A stretch of 53,846 nucleotides of DNA from a virus. Its lineage: Duplodnaviria; Caudoviricetes. The notes below the pieces were generated by a model, which was not told where the DNA came from, did not search any database, and saw only the letters and a list, made by a program, of their open reading frames with translations. A program made the translations under genes and the position numbers. This document shows, in pieces, positions 27,862 through 38,222 of this stretch (within the stretch, counting starts at the first letter, position 1; each line of letters begins with the position of its first letter). The stretch lies in IMG/VR virus record IMGVR_UViG_3300005253_000102, positions 1 to 53,846 of that record. One strand, given 5' to 3'.

Positions 27862-29178
27862 GTGGCAAAACTAAGAAAAGATATTTTTTTAATAGCAAAA
27901 GCATTTAATACTGATTCGGCTTCGTGGCAGCCTGCAGCTGGTGTGTTAGGTTTAGGGGTTACTAAATTCTATCCAGGATACTTTGAACCCCTATCTGAAA
28001 TATATTTTGAAGCTACATGGGAACACATAGCAGGAGAAGGTATTAATGGTCCTGAAATAACAAAGGTGAGATTATATGATAAAACAAATAGTGTTCAAAT
28101 AGTTGAGATTTCAGTTACTAATGATCCAGGGTTCCATCGAGTAAGGTCGGGCAATTTAATGGGTACGCTGGGCACGGGAAATAGAGAATTATATGTTCAA
28201 ATAAGCAGATCAGGTGGCTCTGTACCTTCGACATCACTTTATACAGCAAGATTAATAGTCATTCAAAATGGGACAATAATAAAGACAGCAACCTACTGGC
28301 AAGTGGGAGATGATGATATGACGGTTTCAGCAGGACCTATTGAAGTCTCTGACCCCGCTAGAATGTGGAATGATTTTGATAACTATGATGGTACATTAGA
28401 CTTTTTTTTTCAAACTACACATGCAATGGAGGTCGGAGCTACTAACTCAACAATTACATTGTATGATATGGATAATACAGCAAATATAGGATCGGTAAGG
28501 ACATCGAGCTTATCGTTTGTATTTGGCGAAGACTTAACTGTTTCGCCAAATAATAATGCAAGGCACACAGTGAGAATGCAGTCAACAGGCGGACCATTTT
28601 TTGGTAGTTCCATAAAAATAGCACATTATGTAATAACTCAAGATGGTGAAGGAACTCCATTAACTAAAACAGAATGCCCTATTCAAGTAACTAAATCTAC
28701 ATTTTTAGGAAGTTCTACAAGTTATTCTCCGGCTAATAGAAAATGGTGTGGATATGATCCTGCTGATTATGTAGATGTCACAATACCATCAGGAAGTGCT
28801 GAGTATACTATGAAAGTTACTGGTGGAACTGGATATGTTAAATTAATTAAAGATACAACAGATATAGCAAATAGTGAAGTCACAACAACATCTGCAACAC
28901 ATGAAAGGGTCACAGGTGTTGACATAACGCTTCCAACCTCGGAGACTGATGTCTCGGCAGATGCAAAGGTTAGTGCTGGTGGAAATACCGTTTCTATATC
29001 ATCAATGAGAATTTTATTATATTTAATAGAAATTCAACCAGTAGATACCCCTATGCTATTGAACATTGGCGATGCCTGGAAATCCGTCGACTCTATGAAA
29101 ATAAACATTGACGATGTTTGGAAGGATGTTGTTGGAGCTCAAATTAATATTGGTGATGCTTGGAAGACTATATTTTAG
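27862..29178 (+). CDS. putative receptor-binding/fibre tip protein
   Basis: Thr/Ser-rich beta protein ending in three [LI]NI[GD]D[AV]WK repeats. Confidence 0.6.
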   Translation: MAKLRKDIFLIAKAFNTDSASWQPAAGVLGLGVTKFYPGYFEPLSEIYFEATWEHIAGEGINGPEITKVRLYDKTNSVQIVEISVTNDPGFHRVRSGNLMGTLGTGNRELYVQISRSGGSVPSTSLYTARLIVIQNGTIIKTATYWQVGDDDMTVSAGPIEVSDPARMWNDFDNYDGTLDFFFQTTHAMEVGATNSTITLYDMDNTANIGSVRTSSLSFVFGEDLTVSPNNNARHTVRMQSTGGPFFGSSIKIAHYVITQDGEGTPLTKTECPIQVTKSTFLGSSTSYSPANRKWCGYDPADYVDVTIPSGSAEYTMKVTGGTGYVKLIKDTTDIANSEVTTTSATHERVTGVDITLPTSETDVSADAKVSAGGNTVSISSMRILLYLIEIQPVDTPMLLNIGDAWKSVDSMKINIDDVWKDVVGAQINIGDAWKTIF

Positions 29179-29269
29179 TATAAATTAGCGGCTATAATAG
29201 TCATAAGGTCATGGCAGGTAAATTTGTAGGTATACAATATTATAAGTAACTATTTTGAGGAGAAAAGAA

Positions 29270-29494
29270 ATGGCTGATCCGATTACTTCAGACCAAACGA
29301 AAAGTGTAAATAATCCTGTACAAAATAATGTAAAACAAGAAATCGTAGACCATCCCTTTAGGGGCGCCGCAATTCATATCAAAGAAGATGGTACATTTGC
29401 TGTTGAATTGGCAGGGATTACCCCAATGGAATTGTACGGTGCTTTACATCTGGTGACCGAAAAGGTTAAAAAACAATTAAATGGTGGCCAATAA
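29270..29494 (+). CDS. hypothetical protein
   Basis: ATG 29270 follows GAGGAG. Confidence 0.55.
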   Translation: MADPITSDQTKSVNNPVQNNVKQEIVDHPFRGAAIHIKEDGTFAVELAGITPMELYGALHLVTEKVKKQLNGGQ

Positions 29495-29572
29495 GATATA
29501 GTCAGTCCCCCTTATAGGAAACGGTACTATATTAGTTTTTGTAAGTTACCATGTAGTTTGGAGTACTGACAT

Positions 29573-30016
29573 TTGAACCCAATTGAACAGACCGCGCAAT
29601 TTTTATTTAGGGCGGTGAAAAAAGCTTCAGTAAATCATACAGATATCCATGAGGGTGATCACATTGTAGTCACTGGTGCAGATGATGATATTGTAGGTGT
29701 TGTTAATAGTGTCGGCACTACTGAAGATACTACTACTGAAGATACTACTACTACTGTTGTATTAGATACAGGTTTAAGTGAAGAAACCCTTCAAGTTTCG
29801 AGCAAAAATTTTATTCATATAATCCAGAGGGCAGATATGTTAGACATGCGCAAGCATATTGATTATGAACGTGGCCTAACGGATGCGGATAAAGACACAC
29901 ATAAGTACACTGAAAAAGATCAACGTCCCGTACTCGGCCCCGATGAAAAGTCGGATAAATCCGAACTTCCTACATCTAAAATTTCACTTGTGATGAAAAC
30001 TCAAAAGGATAGTTAA
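29573..30016 (+). CDS. hypothetical protein upstream of the prohead protease
   Basis: TTG start after GGAG; internal ACTACTGAAGAT tandem repeat (TTED). Confidence 0.55.
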   Translation: MNPIEQTAQFLFRAVKKASVNHTDIHEGDHIVVTGADDDIVGVVNSVGTTEDTTTEDTTTTVVLDTGLSEETLQVSSKNFIHIIQRADMLDMRKHIDYERGLTDADKDTHKYTEKDQRPVLGPDEKSDKSELPTSKISLVMKTQKDS

Positions 30017-30019
30017 TAC

Positions 30020-33000
30020 GTGTCTTTACAAAAGTACGCATCTCTTAAGCTCGCATCAGTAATAACTACTGAACAAGAATTTGATGAAATTATTGAAAGG
30101 TCTACTGTCATAGCCGGGGGAGATCATTCAGTTCAGAAAGTAGTTAGGTTCAATCCTGATTTTGTATATGCGAGGTTTAAAGCAATTGGATGTCTTTGTG
30201 TAGATGGTCCTAATGCCAATGCTGATGGTTTTCCTTATGATCAATTCTTAGATAGTCGTGCAGGTTATGGGTATCAATCATTTATAGGAAAGCATGCTTT
30301 TGTTGAACACAGCAGTGATAATATCAATAATTCAATTGGTAACCTCCACAGTGCTTATCTAAATCGTTTCAATACTTCCAAATTTGGTAATAAAGAGTGG
30401 CAGATTCTTAACGATGATGAACGTCATTATACTTTAGCTAATAGAGCGTCTCATGAAGATGGCAGTGTTGAAGTACTTATGGCGATCGATCGAAAAGTGT
30501 CTCCAAGAATTGCTCGAATGCTTGAGACAGATTCTCCAGTAGGGTGTTCTATGGGCACCAATATTGATTATAGTGAATGTACTGTTTGTGGTAATCGTGC
30601 GTATATTGAAGAGAATTATTGTCCTCATATTAAATTCAGTAAGGGCCAAAATGTTCTTATTCCTGCCAGTCAAATTTCTGACCTCATTAAAAAAGGTGCT
30701 ATTAAAAAAGAATGGTTACCCTTTATACTGCATCGTGCACAAGACGTTAAAGCGGTCGCAAGTAATGCACGCAGAATGGTTTATGCTAAGGCGTTTGAAG
30801 TTAACTATGGCCTTAGCTTTTTTGAATTATCAGTTGTTGCCAATCCTGCATTCCACCGTGGATATAAACTAGAAAAAATTGCAAGCACTTCTAAGAAATC
30901 CTTTCAACAGTTGATGCCCCTTATTTATTCGGCAGAAAGTCAACCCATTGAGGTTGTTCTTAGTGTTACAGATGGATTTTATAGCAGTGTGTTAGAGGCC
31001 TTTGCAAATCAAATAGGTCAACCTTTAGATCAATGGACGGACGAAGAAAGACTTTTATTTGAACGTAATGGTGAAATTGCTAAAAGTGCTTTACAGTCTG
31101 GAAATGTACATGAAGTACTAACAAAGAAAATTAATGCCCCGTATTTAGTTAAAGAAGGGATTGAACTTATTCCTTCTGATAATGCAGGATTTTATCAAAT
31201 TGCTAATCCTGATGAATTGTTAACGCGTACATTTGCAGGAACAAGATTACGCTCTGTTTCAGGGATAGTAGGTACGCCTGAAGAAAATTATTATGGTTGT
31301 GTGATTTGCCAAGGGGTATATAATCGTAATTTACATACGAAGACTGCTGCGTATGAATGGAACACTTTTAATAAGTTTTCTATTTGTCCCAGTTGTGAAC
31401 AAATTAGTAGATTATCAGAAAATAATGAAGGAGAGGTATACGCTATGTCAAAAGACCATACCGGTAAAACAGCTGCGGAAGGTACTAACCTTCCTACTAC
31501 ATCTGAATTTACTGGGGATAAAGAGGTAACCATTGGCAATCCTCGAGAAAAAGAAACTGAATTATATAAGGGCTGGGCTGCCAAAGGTAGTGGCCAGATT
31601 GAAAAGGAGAAGGAATATAGGCCTATGGGAACAATTTTTATCGACGCAATTGTTGCGAGAAAGGATCTTAATGATCGTTCTGCACGAATTGCGGAACTTT
31701 CGAAATCCGCGGGTATCCTACTTGGCCGCACTAAACTTGCGTTAGATGCTCCTGAAGATTTCCTCGCTGAAATGGGCGGTGGAAAACCTCCGGAACTTGA
31801 CGTCCCAAAAGGTGTGGAAGGTGTGGAAGGTATGGAAGGTCCTGCAGGTCCTGAAGATGATATGGGTATTGCAGTTGCAATAGATATAGGATCTGGGGCA
31901 GATTTACGCACTACTCTAGAAAATACTAAAGCTGATCTTGAGTTGATTCTAGGTGATTTAGAACAAGCTAAGTCGATGGTGGGCACTAGCGAAGGAGAAG
32001 CAATTGATGCTCTCGCCAATAAGCTTCGTTGGGGTAAGCGCCAGGCAATTGTCGCACAAAAAGTTGCAGCTGAAGCAGATTCATTAATTGAAGATGCTGT
32101 ATCTGCTGTTGAAGATGCGATGGCTAAACTTCAAACCGCTTGTGAATTTCTTTATGCTGAGGAAGGAAGGCCAGCCAAAGAAAAAGAGGCTAATAACGAA
32201 AAATCTGACTCTGACTCTGACTCTGACTCTGACTCTGAGAAATCTGATGGTGATTCCAAAGGTGGATTTCCATTTGATAAAAAAGATGGTAAAAAAGATG
32301 GTAAAAAAGATGATAACAATAATAACAAAGAAGTCGATTCTGAAGGAGGAGACGATATGTCCAAAGAAGCACGCCTTGAGCTGAATTCAAGAAATATTCA
32401 GCTTCTGCGAGACCTTAAGGACGTTGTTACAGGTTCTTCGTCACTCGTAAAAGTCGCAGCTACCGAAGAAGAAGTGGTAACTGATGGCGAAGCCGAGGTT
32501 AAAACCGAGGTTGTAGACGAGAAGGACACTGAAAAGGAAGCTTCTGGGACGAAAGCTACTAAGTCAGCAGACGTTAAAGAAGCTGCAGCTCAACCACCTA
32601 CTGGTGCCCGTGATCCTGGTGATTATGGTGATCCCGGAGCGATTGAATCTCATGAGATGAAACGCTGGTGGCAGGATATGTATCCTGAATTTGAGAAGAT
32701 GAAATCCGAAGAACAACGTCTGGAACTCAACATTCCTGAAGGTAAAGTAGAATTGTTAACCGGCACGTTGGGTCAGCGCGAAGAAAGTGATCCAGAAGTT
32801 GGTAAGCAGACCGACGCTCCTGCAATTTTTGCAAAGCGTTTTGCAAACACCTGGGAGCCTAAGAAATCTTTTTATGGAGTTCTGAAGGTTGCCGAGGATG
32901 GTGCAGTTGAAGCTTTCACTACTAACTTTAGTGATGTCACCGACGATGACGCTGGTAAAGATCAGTTTGATGCGTTCACATCAGACGATTACATGAGTGA

Positions 33001-33868
33001 AATCGTTGACACTGTTAAAGAACATGGTATTGAAGCTACTCGTAAGCTCATGAATGGTAAGACTGCTCAGTTGGAAGGTATTACGCCTGGTAAGACTGAA
33101 AAGGTTAATCCGTTGTATGACACTGACGAGGAGAAGAAAAACTCTAACACACCGCGTGATGGCGAACGCCCTGATCCGAAAGATGGTCATGGTAAAGCTG
33201 TTTCGAATGATAAAGCATACTATGCTAAAGCTTTCGGTGACGAAGGGTACGCTTCTGATCTGGTAACAGCTCAGAAGAAAGTTGCTACGCTAGAATTGAA
33301 GCTCGTTGATGCTGAAATGGATCGGAAATCTGGTCTTATCGCTAAACACGCCCTTCATCTGGCACGTGTTGCTGCTTCCCGTGGTATTATTCCGTTTGAC
33401 TTAGCTAATGTTCAGGCTCAAGCAATGGAATACATTAAGTATGACGAGAACAGTATCAATGCAGTTACTGCTCATCTCGAGAAACTGCCGGTTGTGACTC
33501 AGAGAGCTCTTGAAGCTTATCAGATTCCGGAAGCAGAAGACATGAGTTACGGTGTAATCCATAATTCCTTGGATGCAGTGGACAAGATCCGTATGGAACA
33601 CACTGATGCAGAAACCGTAGCACCCGATGGAATTCAAACTGCCGTCGAAAATAACGCAAAGCTGTCTGATGCAGACAAGGCGCCGCGTATTTCGAAGCAA
33701 GCTTCTGAAACTGTTGTGCCTCAAATGCACGCTGATTCAGCTGCTGAAGCAGGTGGTCTTCCTGATGTTACTAAGTTCTTTACAAGTACGATTGAAAACC
33801 GGTTAAGGAAGGCAGGCAAACTTGACGAATGTATCGCCAAGGGTTGGCTGAAGTCTAACCGTAGGTAA
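30020..33868 (+). CDS. prohead (capsid maturation) protease fused to a scaffold region
   Basis: NANADGF, SFIGKHAFVEH, SMGTNIDYSECTVCGN..CPHI, FFELSVVANPA (His/Ser protease motifs), followed by a long acidic coiled-coil region; upstream of the capsid genes. Confidence 0.8.
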   Translation: MSLQKYASLKLASVITTEQEFDEIIERSTVIAGGDHSVQKVVRFNPDFVYARFKAIGCLCVDGPNANADGFPYDQFLDSRAGYGYQSFIGKHAFVEHSSDNINNSIGNLHSAYLNRFNTSKFGNKEWQILNDDERHYTLANRASHEDGSVEVLMAIDRKVSPRIARMLETDSPVGCSMGTNIDYSECTVCGNRAYIEENYCPHIKFSKGQNVLIPASQISDLIKKGAIKKEWLPFILHRAQDVKAVASNARRMVYAKAFEVNYGLSFFELSVVANPAFHRGYKLEKIASTSKKSFQQLMPLIYSAESQPIEVVLSVTDGFYSSVLEAFANQIGQPLDQWTDEERLLFERNGEIAKSALQSGNVHEVLTKKINAPYLVKEGIELIPSDNAGFYQIANPDELLTRTFAGTRLRSVSGIVGTPEENYYGCVICQGVYNRNLHTKTAAYEWNTFNKFSICPSCEQISRLSENNEGEVYAMSKDHTGKTAAEGTNLPTTSEFTGDKEVTIGNPREKETELYKGWAAKGSGQIEKEKEYRPMGTIFIDAIVARKDLNDRSARIAELSKSAGILLGRTKLALDAPEDFLAEMGGGKPPELDVPKGVEGVEGMEGPAGPEDDMGIAVAIDIGSGADLRTTLENTKADLELILGDLEQAKSMVGTSEGEAIDALANKLRWGKRQAIVAQKVAAEADSLIEDAVSAVEDAMAKLQTACEFLYAEEGRPAKEKEANNEKSDSDSDSDSDSEKSDGDSKGGFPFDKKDGKKDGKKDDNNNNKEVDSEGGDDMSKEARLELNSRNIQLLRDLKDVVTGSSSLVKVAATEEEVVTDGEAEVKTEVVDEKDTEKEASGTKATKSADVKEAAAQPPTGARDPGDYGDPGAIESHEMKRWWQDMYPEFEKMKSEEQRLELNIPEGKVELLTGTLGQREESDPEVGKQTDAPAIFAKRFANTWEPKKSFYGVLKVAEDGAVEAFTTNFSDVTDDDAGKDQFDAFTSDDYMSEIVDTVKEHGIEATRKLMNGKTAQLEGITPGKTEKVNPLYDTDEEKKNSNTPRDGERPDPKDGHGKAVSNDKAYYAKAFGDEGYASDLVTAQKKVATLELKLVDAEMDRKSGLIAKHALHLARVAASRGIIPFDLANVQAQAMEYIKYDENSINAVTAHLEKLPVVTQRALEAYQIPEAEDMSYGVIHNSLDAVDKIRMEHTDAETVAPDGIQTAVENNAKLSDADKAPRISKQASETVVPQMHADSAAEAGGLPDVTKFFTSTIENRLRKAGKLDECIAKGWLKSNRR
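32204..32238 (+). repeat. TCTGAC hexamer tandem repeat (Ser-Asp run)
   Basis: Five full copies plus a partial one, followed shortly by AAAAAAGATGGT (KKDG) repeats. Confidence 0.9.
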
Positions 33869-33903
33869 TTATTAATGTTTAACGTTTTTAAGGAGGTTTA
33901 ACT

Positions 33904-34464
33904 ATGGCGAATAAGCTCGTAGTTCGCGGGTTCTTCGGTATTAAGCAGACATTCAACGTAGCGTCTGCTGCAATCGGAGGTGACCCGTACAACAGTAACC
34001 AATTACCGACTGGTACGTGGTATGCAGGAAATCTTTTCGTGATTTCCACGGCATCCACTGGTATTGGTAATGGTGTCGATGCATATGTTTCGATAGCCAG
34101 TACATCTGGTAGTGCCTGTATTGGTGTTGCTATGGAAAATTCTGCTGATGCATCAACAGCTGTTGCTGGTATGTCTCAGCCGAGTGGATCTAAAGTGACT
34201 ATTTTACACGGCCACAGTGAGTTTGAAATGACAGCCGCATCTGCAACTGAGGGCCGCCGTATTTACGAACAGGGTTCAACCCTGGGTAATATGGAATCGG
34301 CTTCTCTCATGGACTTGGTTTATGTTAGTACAAACGGCAAGTTCACTAATTTGGTTAGTCACGCCGCTTCTGGCGTAGATGCACCACCGGTACCGCTTGG
34401 TTATGTTACTAAAATTCCAGGGGCCGGAAACTCTTACACATTAGGCGTTGTCCTTTTTGGATAA
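33904..34464 (+). CDS. capsid decoration/cement protein
   Basis: Small Gly/Ser-rich protein between scaffold and major capsid gene (IGVA..SKVTILHG..VYVSTNGKFT..LGYV); AAGGAGG RBS. Confidence 0.65.
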   Translation: MANKLVVRGFFGIKQTFNVASAAIGGDPYNSNQLPTGTWYAGNLFVISTASTGIGNGVDAYVSIASTSGSACIGVAMENSADASTAVAGMSQPSGSKVTILHGHSEFEMTAASATEGRRIYEQGSTLGNMESASLMDLVYVSTNGKFTNLVSHAASGVDAPPVPLGYVTKIPGAGNSYTLGVVLFG

Positions 34465-34483
34465 ACCTTAGGAGGTATTTATT

Positions 34484-35455
34484 ATGCGTAAGCAAGCTAG
34501 TTCATATCCGCCGGGGTTCCAGAAAAGTGCTCCTAATGCGGGTTTTGGCGTAGAGAAGAAAGCTGATTTCTCTACAACTGATCCTTACACTCAGTATACA
34601 GATGCTAGTGAAGCCGATCAGATTTTCACGCTTCTACAAACAGAAGCAGGTCGTCAGGCACTTGGTGCCCAGATGGCGATTCCGATTCGTACCCAGCTTG
34701 ATTACCAGGGCATGGCACGTAGATTTTTCGAGATCGACGTACTTGGTCAGGGTCAGATCGCTCGTTACGATCGTGACATTAACGCTTTTGCGGCTACAGT
34801 CACTAAGAAAGGTGAGTCTGTACAGTTCATCGTTGAAGGCGAATATGTCGAGCCGGTAACGTGGGAAATTTTCGCTCCCGCAGCCATCCGGTTGAAAGAA
34901 ATCCAGCAGCGTCGTTTCAATGTTCTCGATCGTATGCAGGAGCGGATTCGTATCGCTGTGCAGATCGAAGAGGACACGCAGTTCTTAGCACTGACTGAAA
35001 CTACTGTTGCTGCTAACACCGCTAACAACCCTATCGTGACAAGTACGGGTGGTTGTTCCAAAGACTTTATGAATAAGCTCTCTGCTGAAATCATGAAGTG
35101 GGATTTGCCCGCATATGCGTATTTGATGAATTTCAAGTCGTATTCTCACCTTCGTTCGTGGAAGCGTAACGATGTTGATCCTGTGACCCAGCGTGAAATC
35201 TGGCAGACAGGCCTTGTTGGATCCTTGTGGGGAATCGATCTTATCGTTTCTCGTTTGGTTCCGAATAACTGGGTCTACTGTTACTCAGAGCCGCGCTTCA
35301 CGGGTGTGTTGCCTATTCGTACTGATCTTATCCTTCTGCCGGATGACACTCCGAAAGAAGCTTTAATCGGCTATGTCGGTTACGAAGAGCTCGGTATGCT
35401 GTTGATTAATGCGAATTCTGTCGCAAGAGGCACATTCTCTGGATTCCCGTCATAA
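34484..35455 (+). CDS. major capsid protein (HK97 fold)
   Basis: LGAQMAIPIRTQLDYQGMARR, EIFAPAAIRLKEIQQRRFNVLDRMQ, GSLWGIDLIVSRLVP, GYVGYEELG; AGGAGG RBS and high-expression codon bias. Confidence 0.85.
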   Translation: MRKQASSYPPGFQKSAPNAGFGVEKKADFSTTDPYTQYTDASEADQIFTLLQTEAGRQALGAQMAIPIRTQLDYQGMARRFFEIDVLGQGQIARYDRDINAFAATVTKKGESVQFIVEGEYVEPVTWEIFAPAAIRLKEIQQRRFNVLDRMQERIRIAVQIEEDTQFLALTETTVAANTANNPIVTSTGGCSKDFMNKLSAEIMKWDLPAYAYLMNFKSYSHLRSWKRNDVDPVTQREIWQTGLVGSLWGIDLIVSRLVPNNWVYCYSEPRFTGVLPIRTDLILLPDDTPKEALIGYVGYEELGMLLINANSVARGTFSGFPS

Positions 35456-35486
35456 GTTGACTTGGATTGATTGAATGTTGAATAAC

Positions 35487-35514
35487 GTGAAGGAGGGGTA
35501 ATTCTCTCCTTCAC
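35487..35514. terminator. hairpin after the major capsid gene
   Basis: GTGAAGGAGGGG/TTCTCTCCTTCAC; followed by an A tract rather than a U tract on the + strand. Confidence 0.45.
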
Positions 35515-35543
35515 AAAAAGAAAATAAAGGAAGGTTTCGATAA

Positions 35544-35741
35544 ATGGCTCAAGATGCAAGTTCACAAATAACTAAGGTCATGAATCGTCTCCGTGCGCAA
35601 TTGTTTAATACGATAGAACAGATGGGTTTTGATGAGCAACAGTGTAAAGCGTATAAACAGACGGTGAAAGATATAACGTCGGACGCCTGGAATGGTGTCA
35701 CAAGTATAGTTGAAATATTAGAAAGTAAAATTAAGGAGTAA
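35544..35741 (+). CDS. hypothetical protein
   Basis: AGGAAGG RBS, 65 aa. Confidence 0.6.
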   Translation: MAQDASSQITKVMNRLRAQLFNTIEQMGFDEQQCKAYKQTVKDITSDAWNGVTSIVEILESKIKE

Positions 35742-35747
35742 AGAAAA

Positions 35748-36419
35748 ATGGAAGAGCAAGTAAAGAAAGACATTATAGTAGTTGCACGAGAAGGTTATTC
35801 TGTGTTACTGGATGTAAATGGTCGAACGTTTGATATTGATTGTCACGAGGCCATTAATTTGAGTAATATATTTCCGGTCGATGTTCTTGAAAGGTGTTCA
35901 AGTTTATCAGCACATTTAGAAAGTGGTAATTTAGTATACTTTGAACAAGGTACTACACTTTCGAAAGATATTACTGCTTCTGTAGAAATTAAGCCGTTGC
36001 GGGAAGAAGCTGCACAGCATATCATATCGCAGTATGATCAGGCTGAAAGAGATGTCAAGAGAACCAATATGGAGCTGGAAACGCGCGCTAATATCTCTGA
36101 AGAGACACGTAACCATATCCAGGAACGTGTTCAGGCGGGCAAAAAAGAAATCCTTCAGACAGATAGAAAGTTTTTGACGAAAACTATTAAAGCAGTTCAA
36201 ACTACTAATGAAGTGGTTAGTCCGCCTAAAGACCGTCAAAATGCAATGACTGTAAACGAACTGACAATGAAAGTTAGTATGGATATTAGTCCGGCAGAGT
36301 TTGCTAAAAAGCAAGCAGCTTCAAAAGATAAACTTATATCCGGTGAAGAAGCAGATGAAGAGCGGGCAGAACAAGAAATTGCAGAACAAGAGCGTGTAGA
36401 ACAAGACGCTAATGAATAA
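35748..36419 (+). CDS. hypothetical protein (head module)
   Basis: AAGGAG RBS, 223 aa. Confidence 0.65.
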   Translation: MEEQVKKDIIVVAREGYSVLLDVNGRTFDIDCHEAINLSNIFPVDVLERCSSLSAHLESGNLVYFEQGTTLSKDITASVEIKPLREEAAQHIISQYDQAERDVKRTNMELETRANISEETRNHIQERVQAGKKEILQTDRKFLTKTIKAVQTTNEVVSPPKDRQNAMTVNELTMKVSMDISPAEFAKKQAASKDKLISGEEADEERAEQEIAEQERVEQDANE

Positions 36420-36442
36420 GGGCAATAAAGGAGACTAAGATA

Positions 36443-36964
36443 ATGGCCGTAACGGTTACATGGGTTGAATTTAATGGTACGGATCTAGATACAGGTAATG
36501 GTACTGCACTAGCGTCTAATCTTAATTTCGGTTCTGTGGATAGTGCAGATTTGGCTACAGCTAGTAATCCTATTGCAGCAGCTTCAAATAGTTATGTAAA
36601 GTATTGGCAGGCTCAATGGTCTGGGTCATTTACTTCAGTATCTAACGCGAAGTTATATAAATCTGCCGGTGCGCTTATTTCAGGTGAAACGCTTAAATTT
36701 TCTGGTAGTTACACAAAATCAGGTGCGCCTACACAGACTGGTTTAAGTATTCCTGATATTCCAACGTCGTTACCTGGAAGTAACAATATAGCTTTACCTA
36801 ATACAACTGACGGTACGTTGTGGCAGGCTGACTATGAAAGTACTCCGGATTATGCGTCTGGCGCGAGATCTTCGACAATGGTCTTTCAGTTACAAACTGC
36901 TTCGGGGATTGCCGCAGGACCAGTAAATCAGAAGACAATTTCTCTCACTTATGACAGGACTTGA
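36443..36964 (+). CDS. putative virion structural protein
   Basis: LNFGSVDS..NPIAA..SYVKYW..VFQLQT..ISLTYD beta-sandwich pattern; AAGGAG RBS. Confidence 0.65.
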   Translation: MAVTVTWVEFNGTDLDTGNGTALASNLNFGSVDSADLATASNPIAAASNSYVKYWQAQWSGSFTSVSNAKLYKSAGALISGETLKFSGSYTKSGAPTQTGLSIPDIPTSLPGSNNIALPNTTDGTLWQADYESTPDYASGARSSTMVFQLQTASGIAAGPVNQKTISLTYDRT

Positions 36965-36999
36965 CGATTGGTATAGTCGCCAAATAGTATGGTATTCGA

Positions 37000-37674
37000 G
37001 TGGATAGATATTATATTTATATGTATTTAGATTTTGATAATGTTCCTTTTTATATTGGAAAAGGATCAGATACTCGATATAAAGTACGTAATCATTTAGG
37101 AAATAATCATAGTAATGGTCTCCTAAAGAATAAAATCTGTAAGGTTGGTGCAAAGAATGTTAGAATTCACTTTCTTCATAAAGACCTTACAGAGAAAGAA
37201 GCTTTTCGTCAAGAAAGATATTGGATTAGCTACTATGGTCGTAGAGATTTAGGAATAGGTACTCTCTGTAATCTAACAGACGGTGGAGAAGGGACATCTG
37301 GACGGATACATTCTGTGGAGGCTCGGCGTAAAATTGGTGAGTGGTCTAGAAATTTTGTAAGAACAGAGGAACACTGCGCCAAAATAAGTACTGCCCAAAA
37401 AGATAAACCGCGTCCTTGGACTGCTGGAAAGAATCATGGGATGTATGGTAAACATCATACTGACGAAGCCAAGTGTAAAATGGGCGAAAGTCGTAGAGGG
37501 AAAGCTGTTGGAGAGGTTCATCATAATGCTAAATTGACAGAAGAGGATGTCCTTAAAATACGTGAACTGTTTATTTTACCTAATTATGACCGAAGAACCT
37601 CCGCAAAACTATTTGGAGTTAGTCCAACGGTAATTACTAATATAGTTAAACGGAAAACTTGGATACATATTTAG
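37000..37674 (+). CDS. free-standing GIY-YIG homing endonuclease with NUMOD3 and HTH domains
   Basis: YYIYMY..PFYIGKG..R, E..WISYYGR, NLTDGGEG, HSVEARRKI/HTDEAKCKM, AKLTEEDV..IR..AKLFGVS. Confidence 0.85.
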   Translation: MDRYYIYMYLDFDNVPFYIGKGSDTRYKVRNHLGNNHSNGLLKNKICKVGAKNVRIHFLHKDLTEKEAFRQERYWISYYGRRDLGIGTLCNLTDGGEGTSGRIHSVEARRKIGEWSRNFVRTEEHCAKISTAQKDKPRPWTAGKNHGMYGKHHTDEAKCKMGESRRGKAVGEVHHNAKLTEEDVLKIRELFILPNYDRRTSAKLFGVSPTVITNIVKRKTWIHI

Positions 37675-37791
37675 GGCAATAATAAAACCATTGTATTATG
37701 GATAGTAATCCAATACTAGCCAAAGCAAAAATTAGATGCGGAAGTGAATCCAATCGATTCCGGATCTAATTTTATGGATAAAGGAAAATAA

Positions 37792-38211
37792 ATGTGGCAA
37801 GCAACATTTAGTAATGGTGAAGTACTTAATGAATCTAATGCTGAAGGCCAAGAAATTCTGTTCGGCAAAGTGTTGAAAAGACTTGATGATCTTGAAAGTT
37901 TATCTATAATCTTAGACAATAAAATATTCACCGTTAGAATGGTGGATGGAAGATTTTCAACTAGTATTAATGGTGATACAAATCATTTTTTTGCTTCTGA
38001 TGTTGACATAACTTCATTGACAAATATTCGACCGATTTATTTTATTAGAGAAACAGTTCAAATTACAGCGCATGTAAATGCATTATTTTCTAAAGGTCCT
38101 CCTTCTGTAAATTTTATTGCATTAGGGTTTCAAGCAAATTTTAATGGGCAGAACATAAAACGATATTTAGCAATCCTTCCGAATGGGGCGTTTGTAATAA
38201 GGGATGAATAG
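37792..38211 (+). CDS. hypothetical protein
   Basis: AAGGA RBS, 139 aa. Confidence 0.6.
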   Translation: MWQATFSNGEVLNESNAEGQEILFGKVLKRLDDLESLSIILDNKIFTVRMVDGRFSTSINGDTNHFFASDVDITSLTNIRPIYFIRETVQITAHVNALFSKGPPSVNFIALGFQANFNGQNIKRYLAILPNGAFVIRDE

Positions 38212-38222
38212 AGGATAATTAA

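Noticed and set aside
29493-29504. AAGATATAGTC, resembling the group I intron S element
   Set aside because: No matching R element or interrupted gene nearby; likely chance.
34640-34672. GRQALGAQ in the major capsid protein as another tag copy
   Set aside because: The spacing differs (Q-A-L-G rather than Q-x-A-L-G) and it lies in a conserved capsid segment.
36965-37790. Group I intron around the GIY-YIG endonuclease
   Set aside because: The flanking genes look complete and I could not find the conserved P7 (R/S) pairing; only local hairpins are present, so it is treated as free-standing.
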